Virus record (IMG/VR): IMGVR_UViG_3300013004_000041 | Span: 17,061 to 81,060 of that record | Reading direction: 5' to 3' (one strand) | Origin: a virus | Length of the DNA stretch: 64,000 nt | The notes under the pieces: model-generated | What the model saw: the letters and a program-made list of their open reading frames with translations, nothing else | Told to the model about the DNA's origin: nothing | Database searches by the model: none | Part shown: one piece after another, positions 10,356 to 19,918 of the stretch | Layout of the letters: every line of letters starts with the position of its first letter | Numbering within the stretch: position 1 is the first letter of the stretch | Program-made: the position numbers and the translations under genes

Positions 10356-13300
10356 AACTCTCCATTAACTTTAATGCTGTTGCTGGAGGCATTTGCCCAG
10401 CAGCAACAATTGTATTTATCTTAACTTCTAACTCTTTACTCTTTAAATCTGCTGTACCCTCTAGGAATGGATCTAGGAATGCCTCTTGTGAAGTCCCCTT
10501 ATATTTTGTCCTTACTTGAGACTTTAAAGAATCAAAGAATGCATCTTCTGTTAAATTACTTCCTTGTGCTTGCTTAAATAAATCCATTTGATCTTTTAAT
10601 AATTTTTCATTATTTGCAACAAGAACTCTTTGACCATCTGCTCTTTTTGTTTCAAGATCAAGTATTTTTGTTTCTAGTTCTACTTGCTTTGATTTATCAG
10701 TTGTTGCTTCCTTTTGCTTCTTTAATGATTCAATTTGCTTATCGTAATACAAATTAAATGAATCTAGTTGTGCTTGATTTAACTCAAGATTTTGAACAGA
10801 CATAGCGGCACCTGCTGCTATAAGTTTTTTATCTCCTACAAAAGAATCTCCCTTAATAAAGGCATTCTTAACAATATCTTGAAATAGTCCTCTTCCTTCT
10901 TCAACAATCTTTAACCTTGTTTCAAGAGGATTGTTTATTAAATCTTCTCCATTTGGACCAACAAGATTTACAATCTTTCCGTTAATGTCCATCGCAAGAG
11001 TCATGTCTTCCATATTAATTCCAATTGCTCTTGCAATACTCTTTGCTTGCTCTACTGTTAATATTCCATCAGAAATATAAGCAGATAATTCTAACGCTAA
11101 TTTCTTTACAGCAGCGTCTCCTGCAGTTGCAAAATCTTTAGTAAAGGAGTCAAGCATTCCCTTGCCAACTTCGCTTTCTAAGAATGTAGTTCCAAACTGC
11201 TGCTTTCCTCTTTCAAATCCAGTTGTATATTTATCAGAAAAGGCATTTGATCTTCTTCTTCCCATGATTTCTGAAGCGCCAACTTTATTTGTTATGGCTC
11301 CAATCTTTGCCATTTTTTCTGTTGTTGCTGTCACGGAATCTACATATGAAGATTGAGATTCAGCAGCCTTTTTTGCTGCTCTATCAAGTAAGTACATTCC
11401 TCCAACAACAGCAGTTATTCCTGTTGCAGCCCAACCTGCAGGACCCATACCAGCAAGCATAGGGGCCATTCCAGCGACTGCAGAGGCTCCCATAAGGCCC
11501 ATTCCCATGCCTTGGTTGCCTGCCATCATGGCAGCCATACCAGCCGTTCCTAGAGCCATTGAAGCCCCTCCAGACCACCTTCCAACCTTTTCTTGACGTG
11601 CTATTTTTGTTTCATTTCTTAATTTTTTCTTTGCTTCTTTTGCTTCTTGTTTAGCAAGTCTTTCATTTATTCTGTCTCGTTCAATTTTTGATTGCCTTCT
11701 TTGTTCGGCCTTTTCTGCATCTTTAATTGATTTTCTATGAATATTTTCTTCTTCCTTTTGTCTTGCTAATTCTCTCTTTGCTGCTTTTTCAGCAGCCTCA
11801 GCCTCTCTTCTTTTTGCATCTATCTCTCGCTTTTGAATCTTTCTTAATGTCTTGTCAATTTCTTCTTGAGAAAATCCTTTACGACGCATTTCAACTGCTG
11901 CTTCTCCCATTTTTTTGGTAGGGTTTACAATTCTTGCTCGTGGATCTCCTTGGTCTCTACCACCCATAACCAGAGTACGACCAGCGGCTCTAGCCTGTTG
12001 TGCGGTTACAACTCTTTGTGTTGGAGTTTCCGTTGCTACTCTTCGGTCTGTTGCTTTACCAGTATCTGCAACAGCGCCCTTAGGCTTTGCTCCTGTATTT
12101 GCTGAAGTCAGTTTTGTAATTTGTCCAGTTTCAGTATCGAGCATATATTCTTTATTAGGATTTACCAAAACATTTTGAGTTCCTGTTTTACCAGTTCCTA
12201 AATCAAATTGCGGTCTCCATTGTTTGTAATATCCAGTTCCTAGTCTATCGTCAATTAATTGCGCTACCGCTCTAGACTGTCTAACTTCTCCAAGATTTGG
12301 AAATCCTGTTGGTTTTTTGCTTTGAGAATTTAAGAAATCTTCAGAAATAATATCTAACTGTGCTGCTGCACGAACTAGTTTAACTTGAGCCTCAGTTGTT
12401 GGATGACCTTGGCTAGACATAAAGTTTGCTGCAGATCTAAATTCTTTAATTTGATCTGGAGTTAATCTTAATGGATTATTATTTTTTGCATTCCAGTCAA
12501 GTATGCTTGCAGATCTTTTGCCAGTATTCATGTAGTTATTTAATAGTCTTACGTCAAATAATGCAGTTCCTTTAAGCCATTTTTCAGCGCCTCTTCCAGA
12601 CTCTCCAGTCTTTGCAATGTGAGACAATTCTGGCCTTAAGGCTTGTGCAATTTGCTTGTCTGTATATCCTAACCCCTTCATTGATTCTTTTAAAGAACCA
12701 AGTGGATCATTTTTTCCAGACATTGCATTTGCTGCTTTAAATTCTTTTTCTTGTAAATCTAAAGTCTTGTATAGTAATGATCCCTTAGGTATTGCATTTC
12801 TCCATCCACCACTTGCTTTTCCTGTTGGACTCATATCAAAGCGTAATTTAGAAACATTCATCTTTTTAGGGTTGGTAAATTCTCCACCCTTAGTTACTGC
12901 TCCTAATCTATAAAGAACATTCTTCCTTACTTCATCGTATGTTTTACCAGCACTCGTTACATTGGCACCAGCGTCAATAGATTTTTTATCATAATATAAT
13001 CCATCTTTATAAACTAATTCATCATTTACATATTTAAATAAATCATGCTGTGATATATTTGATGGAGTTATTCCCTTTTTATTTAATAAGCCAGTCACAA
13101 TATCATATTGCTTAGGGTTTGAGTTTTTTAAACCTTCTATTTCTGTAACTGCGTCTTTGCCTAATCTTTGTACAAGAGCGTCTATTTGATTTTTTGATTG
13201 TGGGGCAGATTTTAATTCATCAAAAGTTCCCAAGCCAAATTTCTTTAATTGTTTTTCTACAGCAGAAGCATTAGCGTCATCATTAACACCTTTTATTAAC

Positions 13301-16300
13301 TTTGATACTCCTTCTCCAGCCCTGGCATGAATTGCTTGGAACTTAGACCAATCTACCTTTTTACCGTCTTCAAGTCTTTTAATCATATTCTGATATACGA
13401 CTTGCTCTGCAGGATTTAAGTCAAAGCCAGCAATTGTGCTCTTTAGTTTAGGTAATACTTTATCTATTTCTTTTATAATAGCATCATGGTATTGCTTTGG
13501 TGTCATGTTTGCTGCAACGCCAGACGTCTCTTGTGCAAAGAATTTCTTAGCACCACCTTTAACGCCTAATAAATTAATCATCGCTTGCTCTTCCATTGAA
13601 GGAAGTGCTTTTGCAAAATCTCTAAACCCAGATGCCTTAGTAAATACACCAGCGTTACCTACGTCTGCTAAAACATTGCCAGAAAGATTAGCCTGTTGTA
13701 AATCTTTATCTGCTCTTAATAATGATGCAACAAGTTGAGATATTGTTTCCTTTTTAGTAAACTTTCCAGGCGTTGTTGCAAACCTTGGATCATATGGAGA
13801 CTCTAAAACAATAAACTTTCTTTTACCTGATGGATCTGTTGGATCAATCATAGTTTTAATATTTTGTTTTGGAGCAACTAGTCCGTGGACATCTCTTGCT
13901 ATCTCAGTAGCACGAACCTCTGCAAGCGCAGTCTTTTCATCTATTGTAGGTTTTACTACTACGAGTTCTCCATTAGGCTTTCTATAAATACCGCCAACTC
14001 CACGCACAGGAAAACTTCTACCAGAGAACGGTTGAATTAATGTTCCAAAGTCTGTTGGATCTACTCCAGCATATCTTCCAGAAGATACATCCTTTGCAAT
14101 TTTATCAACAACTTCTCTTGATTGAGAAACTTCTTTAATTCCCTTAGGCATTCCAACATGCACTGCGCCAGACTGAGTTTTTGGATGTGGTACGCTACTG
14201 CCCCATGGAAGTCTTCCAGCCATGAATCCTGGAACCTTGTCATGAAAAATTGCTGTAATTAATCCACGATACTTTTCTGATGTTTTTGCAGGAATAATAG
14301 ATTCACCAGGAGAGACAAGTGCAGGAATGATGTCTCCAGCACCCTTTGGTCCTGGAACACTAATAATTCCATCTTCATACCCCTTTGGTCCCTTAGGTAG
14401 TTTTGCAACTGCTCTTTTTGCTCCGCCAAGTCCTCCAGCAAATAATCCTGGATTTTGTGCAGCCATAGTATTCATTTGTGAAGTTAGAGATCCGTAGGCT
14501 GCCGCTAATTGCATTGCTGCAGTTTTCTCGACATTGAATACTTCAACTAATCTAGTATGAGTGTTATGTAATGCCTGACCTGCTGCCTGCTGCTCAATTT
14601 GTTCTTGAGTAACATAATTAAATCCTGCTCCAAGTACACTTGTCTGACCATTTAATTTTGCTATTCCACCACGAATTGTTGCAAATAGTTTAATGAGGTT
14701 AGCAAGTCCGTTTGCAAGCAAACCAAAGGTCATCAAAGCAATTGGACCAAGCCCTGCTATAACTCCTACTATTACCGCTATAACCTTCTTTGTATTATCG
14801 CTAAGTCCATTAAACTTTTCAAATAAACTTCCAAAGAATTTTACTATTGGAGTCATTGCTTCTAGGAATGCTTTTCCTAATGGCATAATATCTTGCTTAA
14901 ATTGTTCAACAGCAGCCTGAAACTTTGTCCCTACCGCATCTTCTACCTTCTTCATTTCTCGTTCAGATAGAATTGCTAATTCTTCAACAGATGCACCAGC
15001 CAAATCAAATGCTCTTGCTGCCTGAGTTCCATCTTTGCTAACATTTTGAAATAGTGTTGATAAACGTGCAAACTGGAATTTACCGAATAACTGCTCGATA
15101 GCACGTGCACGATTTAATGGATCTAGTGTATCTAATGCTCTTGCAAAGCCAACAACTGTTGCTTTAATATCTCCCTTGTTGCCTTCTACAATTCCCTTAA
15201 TATTAATTCCCATTTCAGCAAGCATCTTTGATGCTTTTTCTGTTGGGTTAATTAAGGAAGCAAGACCAGACTTTAATGCGTTAGCACCTTCTGATGCATT
15301 AATTCCGCCTTCTTTCATAGCAGTTAGGAAGAATGCAAGATCTTCAACATTACCGCCTAATTGCTTTACTACTGGTGCCGCTTTTGGAATAGCAATTGTT
15401 AAGTCTTCAATAGATAGAACTGTTTGGTTTTCTACTGCGTTTAAGAAATTAATCTTACTTGCAAGTTCTTCTGTAGATAACCCAAATGCATTCTGAAGTG
15501 AAATGGTTGTCTCTAGTGCCTGCTGCTGTTCTACTTGTCCTAATACAGAAAGTTTTGTAGCAGTTTTAATCTGCTCCTCTAAAGCCTTGCCTTGGAAACC
15601 TGCTGCTGCAGCAGTTGCTGCCATTTCTACAGTATCTTTAACTGCAACGCCATACTTAGTAAACTCTTCAGCAAGTTTTCTTATATTGGCTACTGCAGCC
15701 TCTGTCTCTGCCTCATTTGTAAACGCATCTCCATAAACACGTCTAAATTTTAATGTAGCCTGTTCTAATTCTCTGAATGCTTTAGACGCATAACCACCAA
15801 GCATCATTAATGGGATTGTCATACCGACCATTAACTGACGACCAGCCCACTGCATATTCTTACCAAAGTTTAGTAGTTGAGTTGATCCTTGTTTTAATAG
15901 TTGATTTAATAATTGCTGTCTTTGTGCTGCATATTGAATTCGAGTTCCAAGTTCTGTAAATCTACCATTTGCCATAACTAATGTTTTTGGCATAATCTTC
16001 ATAGCATCAATAAACCCACCCTGGGCTTTTGACAATTGAATGTATTGGGATTGAAGAGCCTTTACTCTATCTCTACGTGCACGGTTTATTATTTCTCGCT
16101 CTTGAGCAAATGCTTTGCCCATAACTTTTGTATTGGCTGTAGCAGCAGCCATGCTATATCTGTAGTATTCACGAAGAGATAATTTATTTTTTTCTAAGGC
16201 ACTTGTAAATGCCATAGTACTTGATGCAACTTTTACTTGACTTGCAGAAAACTTTCCAGTTGCGCCAACTGCTTGAATAAGTTGAGCGTTTAAACCTTTT

Positions 16301-16437
16301 TGTGCATTTGCTGCAGCCAGGTTTCCCTCAGCAAGTGATTGATGGAAAGTGCTGAGGGCTGCCTGTAATCTGCGTAATTGTGCTAAGGCATCGGCAGTAT
16401 TAAAATTAATATTTATATTAGAGTTTACATCTGCCAA
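10333..16437 (-). CDS. tape measure protein, N-terminal part (TP901-type core) with inserted kinase-like domain
   Basis: 2034 aa; Ala/Gly-rich helical repeats with core LAFFLTAMKEGGINASEGANALKS and hydrophobic segments; follows the tail chaperones. Confidence 0.85.
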   Translation of the reverse strand: MADVNSNININFNTADALAQLRRLQAALSTFHQSLAEGNLAAANAQKGLNAQLIQAVGATGKFSASQVKVASSTMAFTSALEKNKLSLREYYRYSMAAATANTKVMGKAFAQEREIINRARRDRVKALQSQYIQLSKAQGGFIDAMKIMPKTLVMANGRFTELGTRIQYAAQRQQLLNQLLKQGSTQLLNFGKNMQWAGRQLMVGMTIPLMMLGGYASKAFRELEQATLKFRRVYGDAFTNEAETEAAVANIRKLAEEFTKYGVAVKDTVEMAATAAAAGFQGKALEEQIKTATKLSVLGQVEQQQALETTISLQNAFGLSTEELASKINFLNAVENQTVLSIEDLTIAIPKAAPVVKQLGGNVEDLAFFLTAMKEGGINASEGANALKSGLASLINPTEKASKMLAEMGINIKGIVEGNKGDIKATVVGFARALDTLDPLNRARAIEQLFGKFQFARLSTLFQNVSKDGTQAARAFDLAGASVEELAILSEREMKKVEDAVGTKFQAAVEQFKQDIMPLGKAFLEAMTPIVKFFGSLFEKFNGLSDNTKKVIAVIVGVIAGLGPIALMTFGLLANGLANLIKLFATIRGGIAKLNGQTSVLGAGFNYVTQEQIEQQAAGQALHNTHTRLVEVFNVEKTAAMQLAAAYGSLTSQMNTMAAQNPGLFAGGLGGAKRAVAKLPKGPKGYEDGIISVPGPKGAGDIIPALVSPGESIIPAKTSEKYRGLITAIFHDKVPGFMAGRLPWGSSVPHPKTQSGAVHVGMPKGIKEVSQSREVVDKIAKDVSSGRYAGVDPTDFGTLIQPFSGRSFPVRGVGGIYRKPNGELVVVKPTIDEKTALAEVRATEIARDVHGLVAPKQNIKTMIDPTDPSGKRKFIVLESPYDPRFATTPGKFTKKETISQLVASLLRADKDLQQANLSGNVLADVGNAGVFTKASGFRDFAKALPSMEEQAMINLLGVKGGAKKFFAQETSGVAANMTPKQYHDAIIKEIDKVLPKLKSTIAGFDLNPAEQVVYQNMIKRLEDGKKVDWSKFQAIHARAGEGVSKLIKGVNDDANASAVEKQLKKFGLGTFDELKSAPQSKNQIDALVQRLGKDAVTEIEGLKNSNPKQYDIVTGLLNKKGITPSNISQHDLFKYVNDELVYKDGLYYDKKSIDAGANVTSAGKTYDEVRKNVLYRLGAVTKGGEFTNPKKMNVSKLRFDMSPTGKASGGWRNAIPKGSLLYKTLDLQEKEFKAANAMSGKNDPLGSLKESMKGLGYTDKQIAQALRPELSHIAKTGESGRGAEKWLKGTALFDVRLLNNYMNTGKRSASILDWNAKNNNPLRLTPDQIKEFRSAANFMSSQGHPTTEAQVKLVRAAAQLDIISEDFLNSQSKKPTGFPNLGEVRQSRAVAQLIDDRLGTGYYKQWRPQFDLGTGKTGTQNVLVNPNKEYMLDTETGQITKLTSANTGAKPKGAVADTGKATDRRVATETPTQRVVTAQQARAAGRTLVMGGRDQGDPRARIVNPTKKMGEAAVEMRRKGFSQEEIDKTLRKIQKREIDAKRREAEAAEKAAKRELARQKEEENIHRKSIKDAEKAEQRRQSKIERDRINERLAKQEAKEAKKKLRNETKIARQEKVGRWSGGASMALGTAGMAAMMAGNQGMGMGLMGASAVAGMAPMLAGMGPAGWAATGITAVVGGMYLLDRAAKKAAESQSSYVDSVTATTEKMAKIGAITNKVGASEIMGRRRSNAFSDKYTTGFERGKQQFGTTFLESEVGKGMLDSFTKDFATAGDAAVKKLALELSAYISDGILTVEQAKSIARAIGINMEDMTLAMDINGKIVNLVGPNGEDLINNPLETRLKIVEEGRGLFQDIVKNAFIKGDSFVGDKKLIAAGAAMSVQNLELNQAQLDSFNLYYDKQIESLKKQKEATTDKSKQVELETKILDLETKRADGQRVLVANNEKLLKDQMDLFKQAQGSNLTEDAFFDSLKSQVRTKYKGTSQEAFLDPFLEGTADLKSKELEVKINTIVAAGQMPPATALKLMESFAGRRNI

Positions 16438-16462
16438 TTCTCATAACACCTCTTTTTATTTT

Positions 16463-16789
16463 TTACTTTCCTAGCGAACTAAGAACCGCTCCTGCATCTG
16501 AATTTGGAATACCAGACGCTGCATCCACAATTTCATATACTGTTGGTAGATCAAGAAGTTCTTCTAATTGCTCCTTGCTATCTGCCAACTCTGGCTTGTA
16601 CTGCTTCATTGCAATCTGTACGCAATCAAGAAGAATGTCTACTGACTTATCATTGTCTTCTGTTACCGCTGCTAATTCAGCGAACTTTGCCATGAAAGGC
16701 TTTAGTAATGATAACTTTAATGCTCTAACTTCGATTTCTGTACCATCGATTAGTGTTATTGTCTTTTTGTTTGAAGGCTTTTCGGCCAT
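16463..16789 (-). CDS. tail assembly chaperone (short paralog)
   Basis: 108 aa between tail tube and TMP; similar to the N-half of 16835..17521; RBS AAGGAGG. Confidence 0.65.
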   Translation of the reverse strand: MAEKPSNKKTITLIDGTEIEVRALKLSLLKPFMAKFAELAAVTEDNDKSVDILLDCVQIAMKQYKPELADSKEQLEELLDLPTVYEIVDAASGIPNSDAGAVLSSLGK

Positions 16790-16834
16790 TATTCCTCCTT
16801 AAGGTTAGTGAAATAATTATACCACAGAGGAGTT

Positions 16835-17521
16835 TTATTTTTTGGTTAAATCCTCATATTCTAGACCCATACCAATACCAAATCCAGCCTTTTGTGCATT
16901 AACTCCTTGTAGGGCCAATACATCTTTTGCATTTGCTGCTTTACCCTGACTAAATACTCTAGCCTTCATTTCCTGCCAAGCATCTTGTTTGCCACTTGCC
17001 TTGTCTAAGTCTACTCCTTGCATTGCTGCCAAAAACTTTTTATTTTGATAATCTAGATCTCTTTTTATTTTTAATGTTGCTGTTAATTCAGGCATTGACA
17101 TGGATGACTCTAGTTCATCATAATCTTTCCATATACCAAGCAAAAAAACCTCAGACTCTAATTCTGCTAAATCTAAGTCGTCCCAGGTAGAACCTCCCTT
17201 TTCTGCTTGATCTTTCACAGGCTCTTCTGACTTATCATTTATTTTAATACCCGCCGAATATTCTAATATTTTATATATAGTTGGCATATCAATATTATCT
17301 TCTAATTGCTCTTGCGTCTTAATATCTGGACAATACTGTCTCATCATTATTGTTGTGCAGGCACATAATGCATCAATTGCATCTTCATCATTTTTTGCTT
17401 TTTTAACAGTTTCAAATTCCTGCATAAATAATTTAAGATATTTTATTTTTAATGGGGTAATATATAATTCTCTACCGTCCATTAAAGAAACAATAGTATT
17501 GGGATAAATTTGAGTTGGCAT
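16835..17521 (-). CDS. tail assembly chaperone (long, G-T-like)
   Basis: 228 aa directly after the tail tube gene. Confidence 0.6.
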   Translation of the reverse strand: MPTQIYPNTIVSLMDGRELYITPLKIKYLKLFMQEFETVKKAKNDEDAIDALCACTTIMMRQYCPDIKTQEQLEDNIDMPTIYKILEYSAGIKINDKSEEPVKDQAEKGGSTWDDLDLAELESEVFLLGIWKDYDELESSMSMPELTATLKIKRDLDYQNKKFLAAMQGVDLDKASGKQDAWQEMKARVFSQGKAANAKDVLALQGVNAQKAGFGIGMGLEYEDLTKK

Positions 17522-17541
17522 AAATTAATTATACCAAACAG

Positions 17542-17567
17542 AAAAGCCCAGCCTTTTGGGCTGGGCT
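17542..17567 (-). terminator. intrinsic terminator after tail tube gene
   Basis: AGCCCAGCC-loop-GGCTGGGCT stem followed by T run on the minus strand. Confidence 0.75.
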
Positions 17568-17587
17568 AATCTTTTTATTTAATTGTA

Positions 17588-18205
17588 TTATAGAGAACGA
17601 TCTACGATTTTACCGTAAGATGCGTTATCATTTGGAAGCAGACGGAATGAGACTTCAAACATTGTTGCCTCATCACGCTTTGCACCAACAGTTACGCTCT
17701 CAATTGAGAGTGCACGATATGCAACATAGACTCTTTCAATAGAATCTGAGTCAGCACAATCGCCAGTTCCTGGACCAACTGCAACCAAACCACGCTCTAC
17801 TGGACATTCGCCAATATCGCCTGCTGAAAGATTGAGTGTTGGATTACCAGATACTGTAGTTAGATTATCATCCTTGCTTGCAAGTGCGAACAAGAGATTT
17901 TCCAATGTTGCCTCAGCAAATGTAGTATTTAGGTTAACCTGCATACCTTGCTTGAACAACTTGGCAACGTCGAGAACCTGGTCAACCTGTACTTCGCCGA
18001 AGTCTGGTTGGAACTGTAATTCAAGACCGTTCATTGTGTAACCTACGTTACGGAACCCTTCCTCTGTGGAAAGAGTTTCCTTGTAGGATGTACCTGCTGT
18101 GTATCCTGGAAGGACACCAGCCTCTGGTAGTGGACCGCCTTCATACGTAAAAAGTGCTGCTGCACCTACGATGATTTGTGTACTATCACCACGTGTATAT
18201 GCCAT
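17588..18205 (-). CDS. major tail (tube) protein
   Basis: 205 aa with IIVGAA..VGYTMNGLEL..FAEATLENL signature; RBS GAGGTG; canonical position. Confidence 0.8.
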   Translation of the reverse strand: MAYTRGDSTQIIVGAAALFTYEGGPLPEAGVLPGYTAGTSYKETLSTEEGFRNVGYTMNGLELQFQPDFGEVQVDQVLDVAKLFKQGMQVNLNTTFAEATLENLLFALASKDDNLTTVSGNPTLNLSAGDIGECPVERGLVAVGPGTGDCADSDSIERVYVAYRALSIESVTVGAKRDEATMFEVSFRLLPNDNASYGKIVDRSL

Positions 18206-18273
18206 TTATTTCACCTCTTTATTTTTCTAGAAATTAAAGGGGATGTTTCCTCATTGATTATTATACAGCCTGT

Positions 18274-18798
18274 TTATTGATTTATAATATCTGGCATTTG
18301 ATGATAATCATAGTCAATAATAATCTTATTACCAGCATAGGTTCGGGCTGTTCCGAAATCTACTATGTCCCGTGCCTCTTCTAACTGATATATTTTGAAG
18401 TCGTGGAAGTAGAATTTACAAGACATGTCATCAAAAGTCTTGCCTTTAGTCCAGGTGTTGAGTTCTTGGGCACTTTCATCTCCACGATCTAAAAGTCTAA
18501 GAACAGCCTCCTGTATCTTAACCATTTTCAAAGTAGGTTCACTTGCTGAAGCATAAAAATAATATAAGACCTGCTCACATTTTATATGAGGAAACGGTCC
18601 TCTACGCATTCTAAACATTCTGTCATAAACAGCCATAGCACCACCTTCTGGAAACTGTGTTTGTAAGGTTTCTAATGTTGATGGTCCAGTAGGGAAAAAT
18701 GGAATAAAGTCACCTTCTAAAACATCTTGTAGTTTTTCCTGAAGATATTTATTAATCCACAGCACTGGTGTATTTAATACTGATGTTGATTCTGTCAT
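18274..18798 (-). CDS. putative tail terminator
   Basis: 174 aa immediately upstream of the tail tube gene; positional. Confidence 0.45.
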   Translation of the reverse strand: MTESTSVLNTPVLWINKYLQEKLQDVLEGDFIPFFPTGPSTLETLQTQFPEGGAMAVYDRMFRMRRGPFPHIKCEQVLYYFYASASEPTLKMVKIQEAVLRLLDRGDESAQELNTWTKGKTFDDMSCKFYFHDFKIYQLEEARDIVDFGTARTYAGNKIIIDYDYHQMPDIINQ

Positions 18799-19469
18799 TA
18801 TAATCCTACCCCCGCATTAGCAATCCATTGAAATCCTGTTCGAATTCCGACTGCTCTTCCACCACGCTTACCAGCATTTAGATTTTTGCTGTAGACCTTA
18901 GGATACTTTAAGTATTCCTGTAATCCACTTGCTTGTAAAAATGATTGTCTAAAGTATACACCAAAAAAGTTATTAAGTACATTTTCAAATTGACCCTGTG
19001 TTTGTCCTCCAGGATTTTCTACTCGTACCTCTCTTGATGTATAAACTTCTTGTCCATCTATTTCAAATCTTAATGCTTTTGCCTTAACTGGTTTTATTGT
19101 AACTCCAATGCCGTTTTCCATAATCGTTGCTTTATTATAAAACGGAACTGTTGATCCATCTTTAATCGAAGAAGATTGTCTTAGTGATGACTTAAACGTT
19201 AATCCTACATTGCTTACTGTATAACTAATATCAAATAGTCTAGCCCTTGGACTTCCTACTCTATTCCATTCATATATGTGATGTAACATTTCTGGAGATA
19301 CCCTTGCGTTTGCATCAACAAACTGAGATGCTAATTCTGATATCTTTGGTCCGAGAGACATGTATAGCGCTTTCTTTCCTCTATTTACACCTTCGATAAA
19401 ACCAAAAGAATAATCGACTATCTTATTCATTTCCATTTTAAACTTTTTAGAATCAACTCTAACTAACAT
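18798..19469 (-). CDS. putative neck/tail completion protein
   Basis: 223-aa basic ORF in the head-tail block with IKPVKAKALRF motif. Confidence 0.45.
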   Translation of the reverse strand: MLVRVDSKKFKMEMNKIVDYSFGFIEGVNRGKKALYMSLGPKISELASQFVDANARVSPEMLHHIYEWNRVGSPRARLFDISYTVSNVGLTFKSSLRQSSSIKDGSTVPFYNKATIMENGIGVTIKPVKAKALRFEIDGQEVYTSREVRVENPGGQTQGQFENVLNNFFGVYFRQSFLQASGLQEYLKYPKVYSKNLNAGKRGGRAVGIRTGFQWIANAGVGL

Positions 19470-19918
19470 TAAACATCTACCGCCTGATTTTCAGATCTGC
19501 GAATAACTAACTTATAATATTCTGTACTGCCAAAAGGACCAACAAATGGATCTTGTGTGGCTATTTCAAATATTGTAGATTTACCTGCACGTGGTCCAGA
19601 TGTTTCTAAATATATTTCATTACAGTTTTTATCTCTTATATTTGTAATAATGACGTTAGTAATTGAATTACGAGCCTCTAAACTTGAGATACGAATATCA
19701 GTTCTAGCCCGTCCAAGTAGCACCTTGTCTTGTGTAATATTAATATTTGGGGTTACTTCTTCTTTAAATGCAGTTCCAGCAGCAGTAAATGAGCATGCAA
19801 TAACTCTATCTAAAATCCAAGTTTTCTTTACTTCTCCGTAAATGCCCTGCTCAACTATTGGGTGATATACATCTGCTTGCATTGGGAATGCGAAGTCTGG
19901 AGTTTCGCATATAACCAT
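19469..19918 (-). CDS. putative head closure protein
   Basis: 149 aa, beta-rich, in the head-tail block. Confidence 0.45.
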   Translation of the reverse strand: MVICETPDFAFPMQADVYHPIVEQGIYGEVKKTWILDRVIACSFTAAGTAFKEEVTPNINITQDKVLLGRARTDIRISSLEARNSITNVIITNIRDKNCNEIYLETSGPRAGKSTIFEIATQDPFVGPFGSTEYYKLVIRRSENQAVDV

